Part shown: positions 24,716 through 48,015 of the stretch, piece after piece
Numbering within the stretch: the stretch's first letter is position 1
Layout of the letters: every line of letters starts with the position of its first letter
Assembly: GCF_902459465.1 (NCBI RefSeq)
Contig: NC_047082.1
Coordinates: 868,001 to 932,000, forward strand
Reading direction: 5' to 3'
DNA from: Asterias rubens
Taxonomy: Eukaryota
Length of the DNA stretch: 64,000 nucleotides
Made by a program: the position numbers and the translations under genes
Notes under the pieces: generated by a model
Seen by the model: only the letters and a program-made list of their open reading frames with translations
What the model was told of the DNA's origin: nothing
Databases searched by the model: none

Positions 24716-24960
24716 ACAACCTCCGGGTCAAAGGTCATTCCTCAAAGGTCATTCCTCCAAGGTCATTCCTCTCTGCTCTTCCACAGGTATTTACAGCAGA
24801 CGGTGCTGGCGTTACCTTATCACAGGTAAACTCTGCGCTTGTAGGGAGCTTAGAATGTGTAGTGTTGCAAGAACCTTAACTTCTAGATGGGCAAACTTAG
24901 GTATTTCTTGGGATGAAAACCCACTTCATTTTGTTCAGTACTACTTCTTTTCTTTGCTTC

Positions 24961-25334
24961 TTAAAGGCAGTGGATAACTTTGGTAATTGTCAAAGACCAG
25001 TCTTCTCACTTGGTGTATCCCACCAATGCATAACACAACAAGCCTGTGAAAATTTTGACTCAATTGGTCATCAAAGTTGCAAGAGAATAATGAAAGAAAA
25101 ACACCCTTGTGGTTCTATCAGATGACTAGAAAGGCTTTTAAGCCTTAAGGCTTTTAAAAGGCCTGAAGTCTTTTAATATTTGAGTGAGAAATTACCTCTT
25201 TCTCAAAAACTATCAGAGGGAGCCGTTTCTCACAATGTGTTATACTATCAACAGCTCTCCATTGCCCGTTACCAAGTAAAACTTTATGCTAACAATTGTT
25301 TTGAGTAATTACCAATAGTGTCCTGTGCCTTTAA
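24961..25334. mobile_element. Same MITE family as 31126-31512
   Basis: TTAA|AGGCAGTGG...CCAATAGTGTCCTGTGCCT|TTAA. Confidence 0.8.
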
Positions 25335-26377
25335 GAAATCCATCAGTGCTGCACTCCTTTATGAATTATGTGCAAGACTGGCATGGTCTGTAGTGAGTTT
25401 TATTTTGTACATGTTTTAGCCCAACAACCCTTTCCTGTATTGACCCATTTTTAAACCACAGGTGTGGTTTTGAAAGATATTTTGAAAATGTGCACTTTAA
25501 ACAGGCAGACGGGGCCGTAGCAGATTTTGTGTTTTGTGAAAGTTCCCGTTGTTTCCGAACTGAGGCTTGAAGGGATATAGTCTGTACCCTTGATATGAGT
25601 TGTAATTAGCACACTTGTAGGGTATTGTTAACACAGGGAGCCAGGCCCTAGTTGCTACACCATGCAAAAAGTTCAAACCAAGATGTTGTACATGTATGAT
25701 ATACAATATCATAATTCACGGAATCGCAATACATGTAATTTGTTTTTTTATGCAATTAGACATAAAGCAGTACTGAGTCATTTACACCAGGTACTCTTCA
25801 AATCTGACTGTCTTAATATGTGATTGAAAAAAAAATAAAAATGTAGGGTCAAAACACACAACAACAAACCTGGGTGCTGAATGAGTTAAGATTTTGTTTT
25901 GTTTTTTTGTGATGTACTGTAGTTTATTGAAACAGCAAATGTATATTTTAAATGTGTCTTCCAGTATTATATTTTGGAAAATATTGTTTCTATTTTTGAT
26001 GATGATAATGCACACCGTGAACGGCACTGTCTCTCCATACGGTAGAGTTTAAAATAATTTGGGGTTTGATAAGTATTGAAGAGAGGAGGATTTGAACCAA
26101 TGAACTCCCGATAACTAACCGCCACTCTAATAACTGAACTATCTAGCCCTATGTAGGCCGTCTCCCACACTACTTCCCATGGAGTCAAACCCACACTGTG
26201 TGGTGATATAGATCCCTTGCAATAGTATGCACAGCGTACTCACATGTGCCTATCCCGAGTGTCATTTTGGGTCTCAAAATCGTATACAAATATGCACAAA
26301 AGAGAGTTGACACCCAAAATTACGCGCATTGTTCGGAGCCGTGCTCTGTATTGTGTAAGAAATCAATAGCTCCCCCT

Positions 26378-26760
26378 TAAAGTGACACGTTGCCTTGGAT
26401 CAGGCGAGTTGGTCTATGAAAAGCGTTTGAAACTGTTTTTATTGAAATGGATTGTGGTTAGAAAGGTGTTTTCAAAGCAGAATACAGTGATCAATACAAA
26501 TATGGTTTGAAATTGCACTTCTTTCCTTTTACGTTGTGAATTAACACGGCCCCATATTTTGTGGAGCCCAATTTTCGACTGCAGAAAATGGCCGACTGTG
26601 TTAGTTCGTAAAGTAAAAGGAAACCGTGCAATTTCAAGGCATATTTGTGTGGATCATTGTGTTCTACTTTCACACCTTTCTGTTAAAATGTTAAAAAAGG
26701 TAGTTATTTTCTTGAAAGTTGTCTTCCAAACTACTATCAAAACAGATGCGGCCTTTGAAC
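26378..26760. mobile_element. Degenerate second copy of the foldback element
   Basis: Begins TTAAAGTGACACGTTGCCTTGGATC..GAGTTGGTCT and is collinear with 4535-4900. Confidence 0.65.
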
Positions 26761-27148
26761 AAAAAATTTCTTCTGCGTAAAAAAAAAAACTAATTTTTTT
26801 CTCATAAATTCCATGGTACTATTCGTCTCAGTTGAGCTAGATTAAGCTCATCGAGAACAAGTTATAACAATTTTATTTGTGTGAGTTTATAAATCCAAAG
26901 TTACTTATTACACGTTTGATCATAAGTGTAGATATGTTTTTGATAAAATACTCTTTGAAGTTGTAAATTATTAAATGCCTGCTAGTAGGTTTTTCTTTTT
27001 GAATAAACTATTTTTGTAAACCTTATTCTTAAGGTAATTTGAAGTATGTTTTCATTGCATTGTTCACTATTTTGTTTATAGAATTAATTTCAGTTTCACA
27101 ACCAGTATGTTGTTCTCTTGAGATTGATCAACAGTAGACTCTTATTAA

Positions 27149-27295
27149 GGCCGAGTTATAGTCGGTCGCGCGATGGTCGCGCGATGGTCGGGCGTCAGAA
27201 ATCTAGATGCGCGATCATAAAAAGACACGTTTTTTAGGCCTCAGTCTTAGGATTGCGCGCAAGATTTCCGTCGCGCGACCGACTATAAACCGGCC
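27149..27295. mobile_element. Short TIR MITE
   Basis: TTAA|GGCCGAGTTATAGTCGGTCGCGCGA ... TCGCGCGACCGACTATAAACCGGCC|TTAA. Confidence 0.75.
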
Positions 27296-27930
27296 TTAAT
27301 ACAAACAAGAGGGACCTGGATTGGCTAGTTGGTAAGACACTGCTCTAGAATTGCAAAGACAGTGGATTCGAATCCCACCCGAGTACTTAGTAACTATGCC
27401 TGTGATTTTTTTGTTCACAGAACTCAGGAAACTACCGAGTATACAGTGCTAACACACATTGGTCTATATGGGTACAACCAAAACTTAAATTCCTTATCCC
27501 TATTAATGCAAAGGTCGTGGGTTCGAATCTCACCCTAGTGACAAGTGATTTTGTTCACAGAACTCGGAAAGTCCTGAATATAGAGTGCTAACACACATCG
27601 GTGTATATGGGTCAAACCAAAATTAATATTCCTTATCCCTGATACAAATTTCCATCGTTTTTTTTTACAATTTATTTTAGAACTGAAATGATTCTAACAA
27701 TGCATTTTTTCTGATCCAAATAAGTACATGAACACTTCAACTTGTATGTAGAGGAGACTTCTCTTTGCAGCGACACTATCTGATGAACAAGTTTGAAGAT
27801 TTTTTGGACATGCTGTGTGTATATCAATGGAATAATGGACAGGAACACAAAAAGCTGATGGAGACTTGTGGTAAGTGAAAATCTAATGTAATCCCCATAC
27901 TATATTTTCCATATGGAGTTTTGATATGAG

Positions 27931-28530
27931 GCATGGTGTACCCGTCCCCACCCCAATGTGAATTCATTTTGTACTTGGAATCTCACAATTTTTTTTACAG
28001 GATTTGAGGGATGCGTTTATTTCAATCTGACGTCTATATTAACTTCACTTCAGAATCTGCGGTGGACTTGAATGATATGGCGCATGGTGTACCCGTCCCC
28101 ACCCTAATGTGAATTCATTTTGTACTTGGAATCTCACAATTTTTTTACAGGATTTGAGGGATGCGTTTATTTCAATCTGACGTCTATATTAACTTCACTT
28201 CAGAATCTGCGGTGGACTTGAATGATATGGCGCATGGTGTACCCGTCCCCACCCTAATGTGAATTCATTTTGTACTTGGAATCTCACAATATTTTTACAG
28301 GATTTGAGGGATGCGTTTATTTCAATCTGACGTCTATATTTACTTCACTTCAGAATCTGCGGTGGACTTGAATGATATGGCGCATGCTGTACCCGTCCCC
28401 ACCCTAATGTGAATTCATTTTGTACTTGGAATTTCAGATTTTTTTTACAGGATTTTAGGGATGCGTTTATTTCAAACTGACGTTGATTATGAATCAACTT
28501 CACTTCCGAATCTGCGGTGGATTTGAATGG
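27931..28530 (+). repeat. 150-bp tandem repeat, ~4 copies
   Basis: Unit starts GCATGGTGTACCCGTCCCCACC at 27931, 28082, 28232 and 28382; each unit contains TTTTTACAG|GA. Confidence 0.92.
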
Positions 28531-29911
28531 TTTAAGGGGTGTTTTTTTTTCTTTTTTCTCCGAGTCTCTAACTTCTCGTAAAAAAATCAAACTGAGAAAC
28601 GTGTGAATTAAATAGCTCTCTGTACTTTAATGACTTTATAAACTGATAAACTGATTCCTTATTCAGAATTCTACACAAATAACTGTATATACACCAACAT
28701 GACTAACTTGATGTTTGTGGACGGATTCACACATATTTACATGGAGATTTGATAAAAAAAAACAGAAATATGAAAACGCTATTCAAACGATTTATTTACA
28801 GTTATTACAACTTGTGAATACTTTTGCATGCATGAAGTATATTAAAGTATTTATTTCGATGTGACATAAGTTTGATCTGATTGGTATAACCCCCAAACCC
28901 TTCTTAGTTATACTTCGGAAGGGCAAGGGCACCAAGGCATTTCCTCCTTGGTAAAGGACACTCTATGAGGAAATTTATACATTTCTACTGGAGCATTAAA
29001 AGGGCACCAAGGCAATTACCAGTGGGCACAGAGGCAATCTCCTATATTTGTGGAGGGGATTGGGTAGGCTAGAGCCAATAAGTACATCAAAATCTGAACT
29101 TTTTGTGTCAATTCACTTTCAAGATCTATATTTGTTGTTGGATGACCATTGGCTGCTGCTTGAAGCGACAAGAAATGTTTCTTGAATACTTTTAAATGGT
29201 TGAATGTTTTCCCAAAATGTCTTTTGATTCATCTTTTTAACCCCTTAATATTTTGTTTCCTCAGCAAAATGTCAAATCCTACTTTAATACATTTAACATA
29301 ACCTGCACCCACTGATTTTTTTTATTTATTTAACGAAGTATTTTGTAGACCCTTGTCGTTACGCACCACTCCTGTGTAACCAAGGTCTCTCAATGTGGGA
29401 GTCAGTTGCACAAAAATAAAACGAGAACACACTCAAAAATACCAAAGAAGACATTTTATGATAACTATCTCCTTTTTCTCCACGGTTGCTACTTAATCTT
29501 TCTCTTCTTCAGGACCATCTTGCAGCAAAGTTGGTTTGTAAAAAAGTCAACAATTCTATATTCAGGGGAACAGTTTTTCAGGGTCAATGGTTGGATTATG
29601 CTAGAGTTCATAGGTCAATGTTCTTATCTTCCTTTGGTTGGTGATGCTAAAAAAGAACTGTAGACGATTTCACAAAACGCTAGGATTAATCTCGAGTTCG
29701 GACGAGTAACCCGTCTTACCTTAGAATGGATTCAATGCGTCCTTATGTATTCGGATAAATTAACTAGTCCTATGACTAATCCTAAGTTGGGAAGAGTTTG
29801 GTGAAATCGACGGATGGACACCTTTGGATTGTCAAAGACCAGTATTCTCACTTGGTGTATCTCAACATATGCATAACAATTGGTCCAAATGGTCAAAGGC
29901 CAACTTTCTTC

Positions 29912-40548
<10,637 letters not shown>

Positions 40549-41021
40549 TTTGTTTATTTGGCGCAGACGATATTGACCTATTTTAACAGCGCCCTCAACG
40601 GTGTCCTGTTGTAAGGGTAAAAAGCGTTTACTTAGCAACTTGCTGTTGCTAGGATTAATTACAGCCAAAAGCGTGCGCCGTTAAAACAAATAGTGCCATT
40701 AAAAAATTTATATTTTACGCATTTTCCACAAGTAATTTCACTAAAATTTGATTTTGTTTCTCTCTTAAAACTAATTTGTTTACTTTAACTTGATATAAGC
40801 ATTTGGGTTACTTCTTTTATTTTGAGCGGAAGAATATTTTACATGTTGTTTAGGTGATGAGTTGTAAACAAATCCATGTGTACATTTTGTGCAAAGTGTT
40901 TCATTCGCAGACGACAAGTTAGCAACGTCGTGTGTCTTCGGTTGCAGTGTGAAGAAGTGGATTTTTCAGCAAAAGTTAGTTACTTTTAACAGTTTTTTAA
41001 GCAAACTATCTGAAAATAAAC
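40549..41021. promoter_or_regulatory. Bidirectional promoter of RSPH10B/CIMIP2C with RFX X-box-like and forkhead motifs
   Basis: GTTTACTTAGCAAC 40626-40639, GTTGCTAGG 40645-40653, GTTGTTTAGGTGAT 40845-40858, GTAAACAAA 40864-40872, GTTAGCAAC 40918-40926. Confidence 0.6.
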
Positions 41022-44000
41022 ATGTCGAACAGTGCAGGAACACTCCAGACGACACACCAGGCGACTTATATTCCGCCTAGGATGATGCCAGGGTAAGTTT
41101 TATATATATGGTTTTATTTATTATTTGTTTACCATATTATTACCCAAAAACAAAAATAAGGTTGGTTAAAAACACTTACATTCAAAAAGTAAGTAAACTT
41201 TTACAAGAACAAAATAAATAGGATTGAGCATGATTTGAGGCATTGCGTGGTGAGGTATCGATATATATTTGTTTTGCGGTAACACCATCTTGCCAGGTAC
41301 AGTTTGTTCTTAGAGAACTGTCTTGCTTAATTCCACTACCGCGGAGTAGATTGTTCGTGTGTTCGGGAGACTTCTCAATTCTGAAAAAGAACTGTAAATA
41401 TTATTATTAACTTACACGCACGAAATAGTACCAATAAAATAATGTTTAAAAAGTTAAATTTGGTCGAAGGACCGAGTTGACTTGGGACCGAGTTGACCTG
41501 GGACCGAGATGACTTGGGACCGAGTTGACCTGGGACCGAGATGACTTGGGACCGAGATGACTTGGGACCGAGTTGACTTGGGACAGAGTTGACTTGGGAC
41601 CGAGTTGACTTGGGACCGAATTGACTGGGACCGAGTTGACTTGGGACCGAGTTGACCGGTACCCTTACTTTTACCCCTTTAACCCCCGCCCCTCCCTAAA
41701 AAAGATAGTAATTTAAATGTTTTGGTATCAAACTGACTACTGAGTCAGGTAGGCAAATAATTTTAGTAAGCCTATCTTTCTCCAAGAGTCCTTGACCATG
41801 GTAAACTGAATAAGTCTCTATTTTTTAAGGCCATACATTGTGCCAATGATTACCATCCTTCACCATGTTCATTTCTTTGACTGAGGCCGAGGGGAACGAT
41901 CTGGGTCCGTTGAGGTTCACCTGACCGGCTTTGCAGGGGGGGGGGGGGGGGGGGGGAATGGCATGGCAATTTGAGGGATTCATGACTTTTATGTTTATCA
42001 GCTTCAGTTAAATAATCTGAAGAAAGAAGAAAAGAAAACATTATCTGGTTGGCAACCAAAAGCCTACTCCTTATTTTTATACAGTAGTGGCAAGTGAGAT
42101 GACAGCAGAATGAACCTCATTATACATTGTAGCTGTGGATTTCCCTTCCAAAAATAGGCCCTGGGATATGAAGTTTACAGTAAATATTACAAGTAAACTT
42201 GAAGGTGCAACCATTTTAATAGTGGCAAGTGAGACGAAAGCAAAATGAACCTCGTAGTCTATATAGGTGCATCTCCATTCAGAACCCTTGTTTTTTTCTT
42301 TCAAAACATATATTTTTTTTATTTTGTCCGCATAGGTATAAAGGCCATTGCCCGACAGCAAAGTTTGACTACGGTGAAACTTATGGTAATGCTACCGCGA
42401 AATACTTCCAGGACTACAGATCGGAAACACTTAATCAGAGCAAGAGTAGCTACGCCAAAGGAGGACAGTTCCCGACAGTCTACACCCACAACCCTGACCT
42501 TGTCATTCATGCCAGAGACAGGTCAAGAGAACAGTGGAGAACAGCGCCTAAATATGAGCTGACGAATGTTAATCATGACCGTAGAGAAGAAATCAACAAA
42601 TTTGATACAGTGAGCCTTTTTTTGTAATATTTTGTTATTTAAGAAGCTGTATGCAGACCAATTATTAAATGACATCTTAAAGATGAGTAACCTTTGTTTC
42701 ATGAAGAAAACCTAAACATGGTAGAGTGTGCATGCCAACAAGTGGCTTGTTGTGGCCAAGTGGTGAGAATACCGGAATCAAGCTCTGGTATTTCTCATCA
42801 GCAAAGTGCGGGTTCGAGTCCTGGGCGTGACACTTGTCTTAAGCAAGACACTTAACTATTATTGCTGCGTCCTTTGGATGGGATGTAAAGCTGTACGTCT
42901 TGTCTTGTGTAATGCGTGCAGAAGAAGAACTCAAGTGATCTTAGTAAAGAGAACAGGTTCGCCTCGGTATTTATTCGTGCTTGTATTGGCTAGCCTATTG
43001 CACCAAAGCACCTTGTAAACTTTCACATGGTGCTATGAAAAGAAACATGTATCATAATTCAAAAGCAAACGTAGTTCTGTAAAAGATCGTTGATGAAACA
43101 ATTTATATGAACTGCTGCAGCAATGGCGTTCTACTTGGCTTGAAAGCTGTTTGCTAAACACTTGTGTCATATCTGTAGCAAGTTGTTTTCCTTCTTTCAC
43201 ACGTCTATGTACCAGTAAGTTGAAAAGAGAATTTTCTGGTAAGTTGAAAAAAGAATTTTATATTTTGAACTTCATTTCAAATTTCTAATCCACAGCTTGC
43301 CCAAGGTCACCGCCAATTTTATAAGGATCGGACAGGAACTGTGCCACGTGTGGATGATTTTCTGATCCCAAAGAGTGCCGAGGATATGTACAGACAAGAT
43401 ATCAAATCGTAAGTACACCAAGTGCCTGTTTGAGGTGTGGAACTGATCTGCTTCCTTTCTGTGGTGTGTTGAATTTCTTCACTTGAGCTTGTTGTGTGGA
43501 TTGAAATATTAATATGCACATTTGATATTGGTGTGGGATAACTCGACCTGGTGCTGGGTGTGGTACTAATAAAACAATTCTACTGCCAAGAAATAGTGTC
43601 AACTACAGACTTTAAAATCTGTGGATCTGAGGATCTGTACACTTTGATTGGATTGACCATTAAACGAGTACGACATGCTGAATTGGACACGTTTTATACA
43701 GACATGTTTATCAACATTGAGATGTTACCAGCACCCAAATAGATGAGTACTAATACAACAATGCTACTGCCAAATAGTGTGATCTACGTGTACAGGGGAT
43801 TAATTTTAACATCTGCGTGAGGATCAGTACACTTTGATCAGATTGACCATTGGACTGGAGTACAAAGCTGAACTGGACATTTGTTATGAATACAGACATG
43901 TTTATAAACATAATATGATACTAGCATCCAACAGAACTACATCTGTGCTGCAGTCCATGTGTAAATGAAAATAAAGCATACAGTTCTAGATACTGTCACA

Positions 44001-45916
44001 AATCAAAGCCATCCAAACCCTAACCTAAAAACAATATTGCAGTTGGATTATTCTTTTATTGGGTATGAACACGGCATTCGACAGCATCAACACTGAACCT
44101 GTAATAATATTACTAAAAAAAATAATCCTTGTTGGTTTATGAAACATGCACTGTGGAAGTTTAAAGCAGTAGTGTGTACATAGTGAATGCTTTTAATTGA
44201 GTTAAGCCGCCTGGGATAGGAAAGACCTGAGATGAGGTTTAGTTTGATTTGATATTGGTAGTGTCACAGAAAGCTACATTTGTCTAAATCAACGCTGAAC
44301 TCAAAACAATGCTCCTTTTTAAGGTTTTAAGGGTTATCTGTAGACAGTTAAAGTAGCGCGTACCATATAAATTCTAAATGAGTTAATTGTTGAAGCCTTA
44401 AGAGAAATAAAACTAGGATTATGTTTTAAAAACATACGCTGACCATCAGTTGGTTGTAGTACTACCGTTTTATTGTATTCTCCATAACTTCAAAAACTAA
44501 TGAAAAATCAGCGAACATTCTGGAGGGAGCAGTACGGTTATATCCAAGGAAAAAGAAACTTAAGAACTGTATACTGTACAATAGATGGTTTGTTATGTCA
44601 ACAAGTTATGTCTTAGAACATTGTATGTATTTAATCAGGGCCCATTTTCATGGCTCTGCTTACCGTATGCACGGCTCTGCCTACCGTAAGCAAATAATTG
44701 GTGCTTGCAGAAGCATGGAAATTTGATCATACATCAAGCGTATATATCCCCTGAATAGTTACACAATAGTTTGGAAACTATAAATAATATAAATAATATC
44801 TGTAACGGTAATGGTGAGTAATATAAATGGCATTCACTATCTAATGAACAGTTCCAAATGCATGCAGTTATTGCTACTTGCACCTGAAATGGTTATTTCA
44901 TAATAAATGTTTCATTTATAATAATGTCATTACAGTACACTAAAGAAATACTTTTGCCCTTTTTTATGACGACTTTTACAAAGTTTGCAGTGCGTGCACA
45001 GACTACGGTCTAAATTAACACTTCTATGCTAACTCTTCTCCCAAAAAAGTAAGTATTGTTAACCATAAGTCTATTTATCTCACTTTCATTTTTGTGTGGT
45101 TTGGGTAAAGGGTTGTGAGCAAATACAATTAATCAGATATTAACACTTCTAATTCACAGAATACTTTATATCCTGTCTTCACGAATATTTAGCTTTTACT
45201 TGAATGTTCCACAGGGCTAGGTTTTATATTGCAGGGTCATGGGAGGGCTAGGACTTCAACCTAACTGTTTTGTTGGTTTGTTTGATTGTCATTGTTCCTA
45301 GATCAGGCCTACATATTTCTTTTAGCCAGGGGGAAGTTCTTATCCATTCCAGCCAGTCCTAACTCTTAACCAGTTTTCTTTATGTTTTATTGCAAGAACA
45401 CTTTAATTTGGAATTAATTAAATCACAGATGCTTCCTTTTTATTAACTATAAAAACTTTTTTTTAACACCTTTTCTATATTACTACTGTATTGTACAGTT
45501 TATCTTCAATTTTGAAGCATTATTTGAACTTCTTATGTTCTGAAAGTTGTGGGAGAATTTTGTTTTAAATTACATCACAGCAAGTAAATGTAGGATGGGT
45601 TTTAGCATTAATTCCTTGTGGTAGTTTAAATGCACCTTTAATTGCAAGAGAGGCAGAACTCTTATATTCTTGAGGAGATATTAAAAGTTAGTCATCCTAG
45701 ATATTACTTTGTTCAATGCAAACATGTTATAACTATGTGTGTGTGTAATTTACTCTTTACAGAGGTGAGGAGCAAGTCAGCATAGCATCTCAAGCTAAGA
45801 TGACCAAGATGCTCAACAAGCCTGTAATGAGAACCCCAAAGACAGCATCTTCAACAAGCCGTAGTTCCACTGTGAGAGACCGTGCAATGAGAGATGTCGT
45901 CTTCGAATCAAGATAA
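41022..45916 (+). CDS. CIMIP2C: Ciliary microtubule inner protein 2C (FAM166C/C2orf70), 4 exons, ~203 aa
   Basis: Exons 41022-41092, 42336-42609, 43296-43408, 45763-45916 (612 nt, phases consistent). SAGTL..TYIPPRMMPGYKGHCPT..YGETYG..KYFQDYR..KGGQFPT..NPDL..YKDRTGTVPRV..RDVVFESR parallels human SAGTL..YVPPGLMPGYQGHVPT..KYFQDHR..QGGHFPT..YQDKTGTVPRV..RDCYFEFRA (recalled). Confidence 0.88.
41469..41657. repeat. 16-bp minisatellite (GGGACCGAGTTGACTT)n, ~11-12 copies
   Basis: Read directly; ends in GACCGGTACCC. Confidence 0.9.
42750..43060 (+). mobile_element. tRNA-derived SINE family 2; copies at 22545-22832 (-), 34975-35280 (+), 36555-36740 (-), 38480-38628 (-) and 61855-62172 (-)
   Basis: GTGGCCAAGTGG A box, GGTTCGAGTCC B box and a CORE-like GACACTTGT..C(T/C)TGAGCAAGACACTT box shared among copies. 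Confidence 0.75.
43563..43935. repeat. Diverged ~185-bp tandem duplication in CIMIP2C intron 3
   Basis: TACTAATA.AACAAT.CTACTGCCAA...GTACACTTTGAT..GATTGACCATT...ATACAGACATGTTTAT occurs twice in tandem. Confidence 0.8.
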
Positions 45917-46267
45917 CAACTGAATTTAAATAAAACCTTTCCAGCAAGTATACAGCAGTGAATACTTTCTGTGGAACTGAAAATCCAGGCATTTGATGAA
46001 CTTGCATTAAACAACTGTTTACTTTCACTAAACTTGAAGATAATCAGGAGAAACACACATCACAAAATTCCAAACCAAAACTTCGAAATACAATTGTTCA
46101 CTCAGTTTTATTTTTAATCATGTTTTTTTTACCAAAATTTTATTCATAAGGAAAAGGTTTAATTTTTGTATTAACTTGTAAAAAAGAGTTATTATTTTAA
46201 CATCAATTACAAGTATTCACTGCTTTATTATTGCTGAAAAGTACTTTTTATCTTCATCACAAGTATA

Positions 46268-46602
46268 TTAAAGGAACATTACAGAATTGGTTTTTGCAAA
46301 CATCAGTTGCTGGCAGTGTAAGCACTTTATGTAATCCACCATATACATGTACTTAAACTGACAAACCCATCTGGGTCACGAGAGAATAGTGAAAAACCGA
46401 TTACAAATTTTGCATTGCATCGATGCCAAAATAACTCCGAACGCGAAGTTAGATTATTTATTTCTCATCAAATATGACATTTTAGACAGAAATATTTCAA
46501 GGGATGTTTTCTACTGTCATCATCATTAGACCATGTAAGTTTAATGTAAATCTGTGATCTTCACGATTTTTGTTTCTTACCAATTTTGTAACGTTCCTTT
46601 AA
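46268..46602. mobile_element. TTAA-type MITE, third family
   Basis: TTAA|AGGAACATTACAGAATTGG ... CCAATTTTGTAACGTTCCT|TTAA; its body also occurs at ~4905-5222. Confidence 0.8.
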
Positions 46603-47640
46603 TGTACAAATTATGCACTTTTTGTAAATATTTTGCAATTCTAAGTTTGATATTTTAACATTTGGAAGAAAGTATTTTGTTTACACAAAAGAATATTTTG
46701 GTTTTTAGGGAAAATACAACAAGAGGCTTATTTCTTCAAATTTTCACAATAAATTACTGCTGTATCTATTTCAAAGAGGCCATGTTTCTTTGTTACATCA
46801 ATCAGAAAGTTTCTACAGAGGGTGCTCCATTAAAACCAACTTCTCGTACATAGCATTCAGTGTAAAAAGATAGAAACTTGAAAACACATGAAAAAAATAC
46901 TTATAAGTAACAACTTCTCAGTGCAAAAAGATAAAAAACTTTTAAAAACTTGATACTTGATTTGTTATCCTCTGCTCAGTATAGAATATTTGGAGGACCT
47001 ACAAAACAGTCTTCACCTCTTCGAGTCACATGTTTTTGCATTAAGTCATCAGGATTACTGTCAAATTTTCTGTAAAAATAGTCAACCATTGATGAAATAT
47101 AACAAATTATTTTGAATGCCATTCATTGTAACTACTTTGACATTAAACATGCAGTTTACAAAATCCATCTTACAAAATATTGTGTCTGTATTGTATATTT
47201 ATTGTTTATTAATTTTTATTATTATTTTATTCTGTAATTTCATAAAGTGTTCATCACCATCAACTTATTGAAATTTTACACCGGTATACATGTATGTATG
47301 ATTCTTGTGAAATCTGACTATCAATTGTGCACTCAATTAATAATGAAAAACTGGAATTATATATACATATGCGCCTATCGTATAGAGAACTTATTCTGTC
47401 CTCTTTTGGAAGCAGTTGATATCACATGAGCGATTGACCTTTCCCCCTACTTGGTTTTTATTTGTGAAAGTATTTTGTACATATATAATTACTGGCTGAC
47501 TTAATAAACGCATTGAGGTGTCCTATCGAAACAAAGTGTTAATCCATAATTGATAACCAATCCCCTGGCGGGCGGTCAACACCCTTATCCAGCGAAAAAA
47601 AGTGTTAACTTGACAAACCAATCCATAGTCAGTCATCACT

Positions 47641-48013
47641 CGGTGTCGAATGCAATTATGTCCTCTGTGCAATACTATCCGGAGGATATTATTGCATATG
47701 CAATAATGTCTGCCGGATTGTTTTGCATACATGTACATGTACATTGTATATGCAATCGTGTCCGCCCGGACGCTGCTGCACAATGCAATTGTGTCTGCCC
47801 GGACACATTTGCATATGCAGTTGTGTCCGCCCCCGTGCAAAACCGTCCTTGCAGTATTCATGCTGTATATACTTTGGTTCAGTGCATGCACGCTCGCTTA
47901 TACGCGCGCACATACATGTACAGTCATGTACATAGCCCCAGACACGATTGCATATGCAAAAGTGGCCGGAGCGAACAGTCTTGCATGGCGGACACAATTG
48001 GATCTGACGCCGG
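47641..48013. mobile_element. TIR element with internal TGCATATGCAAT..GTGTCCG subrepeats
   Basis: CGGTGTCGAATGCAATTATGTCC ... GGACACAATTGGATCTGACGCCG imperfect TIR, with several internal direct subrepeats. Confidence 0.65.
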
Positions 48014-48015
48014 CC

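Noticed and set aside
27931-28530. Regular repeat arrays as possible CRISPR (also 41469-41657, 16754-16974)
   Set aside because: Head-to-tail units with no unique spacers, no cas genes and a eukaryotic context.
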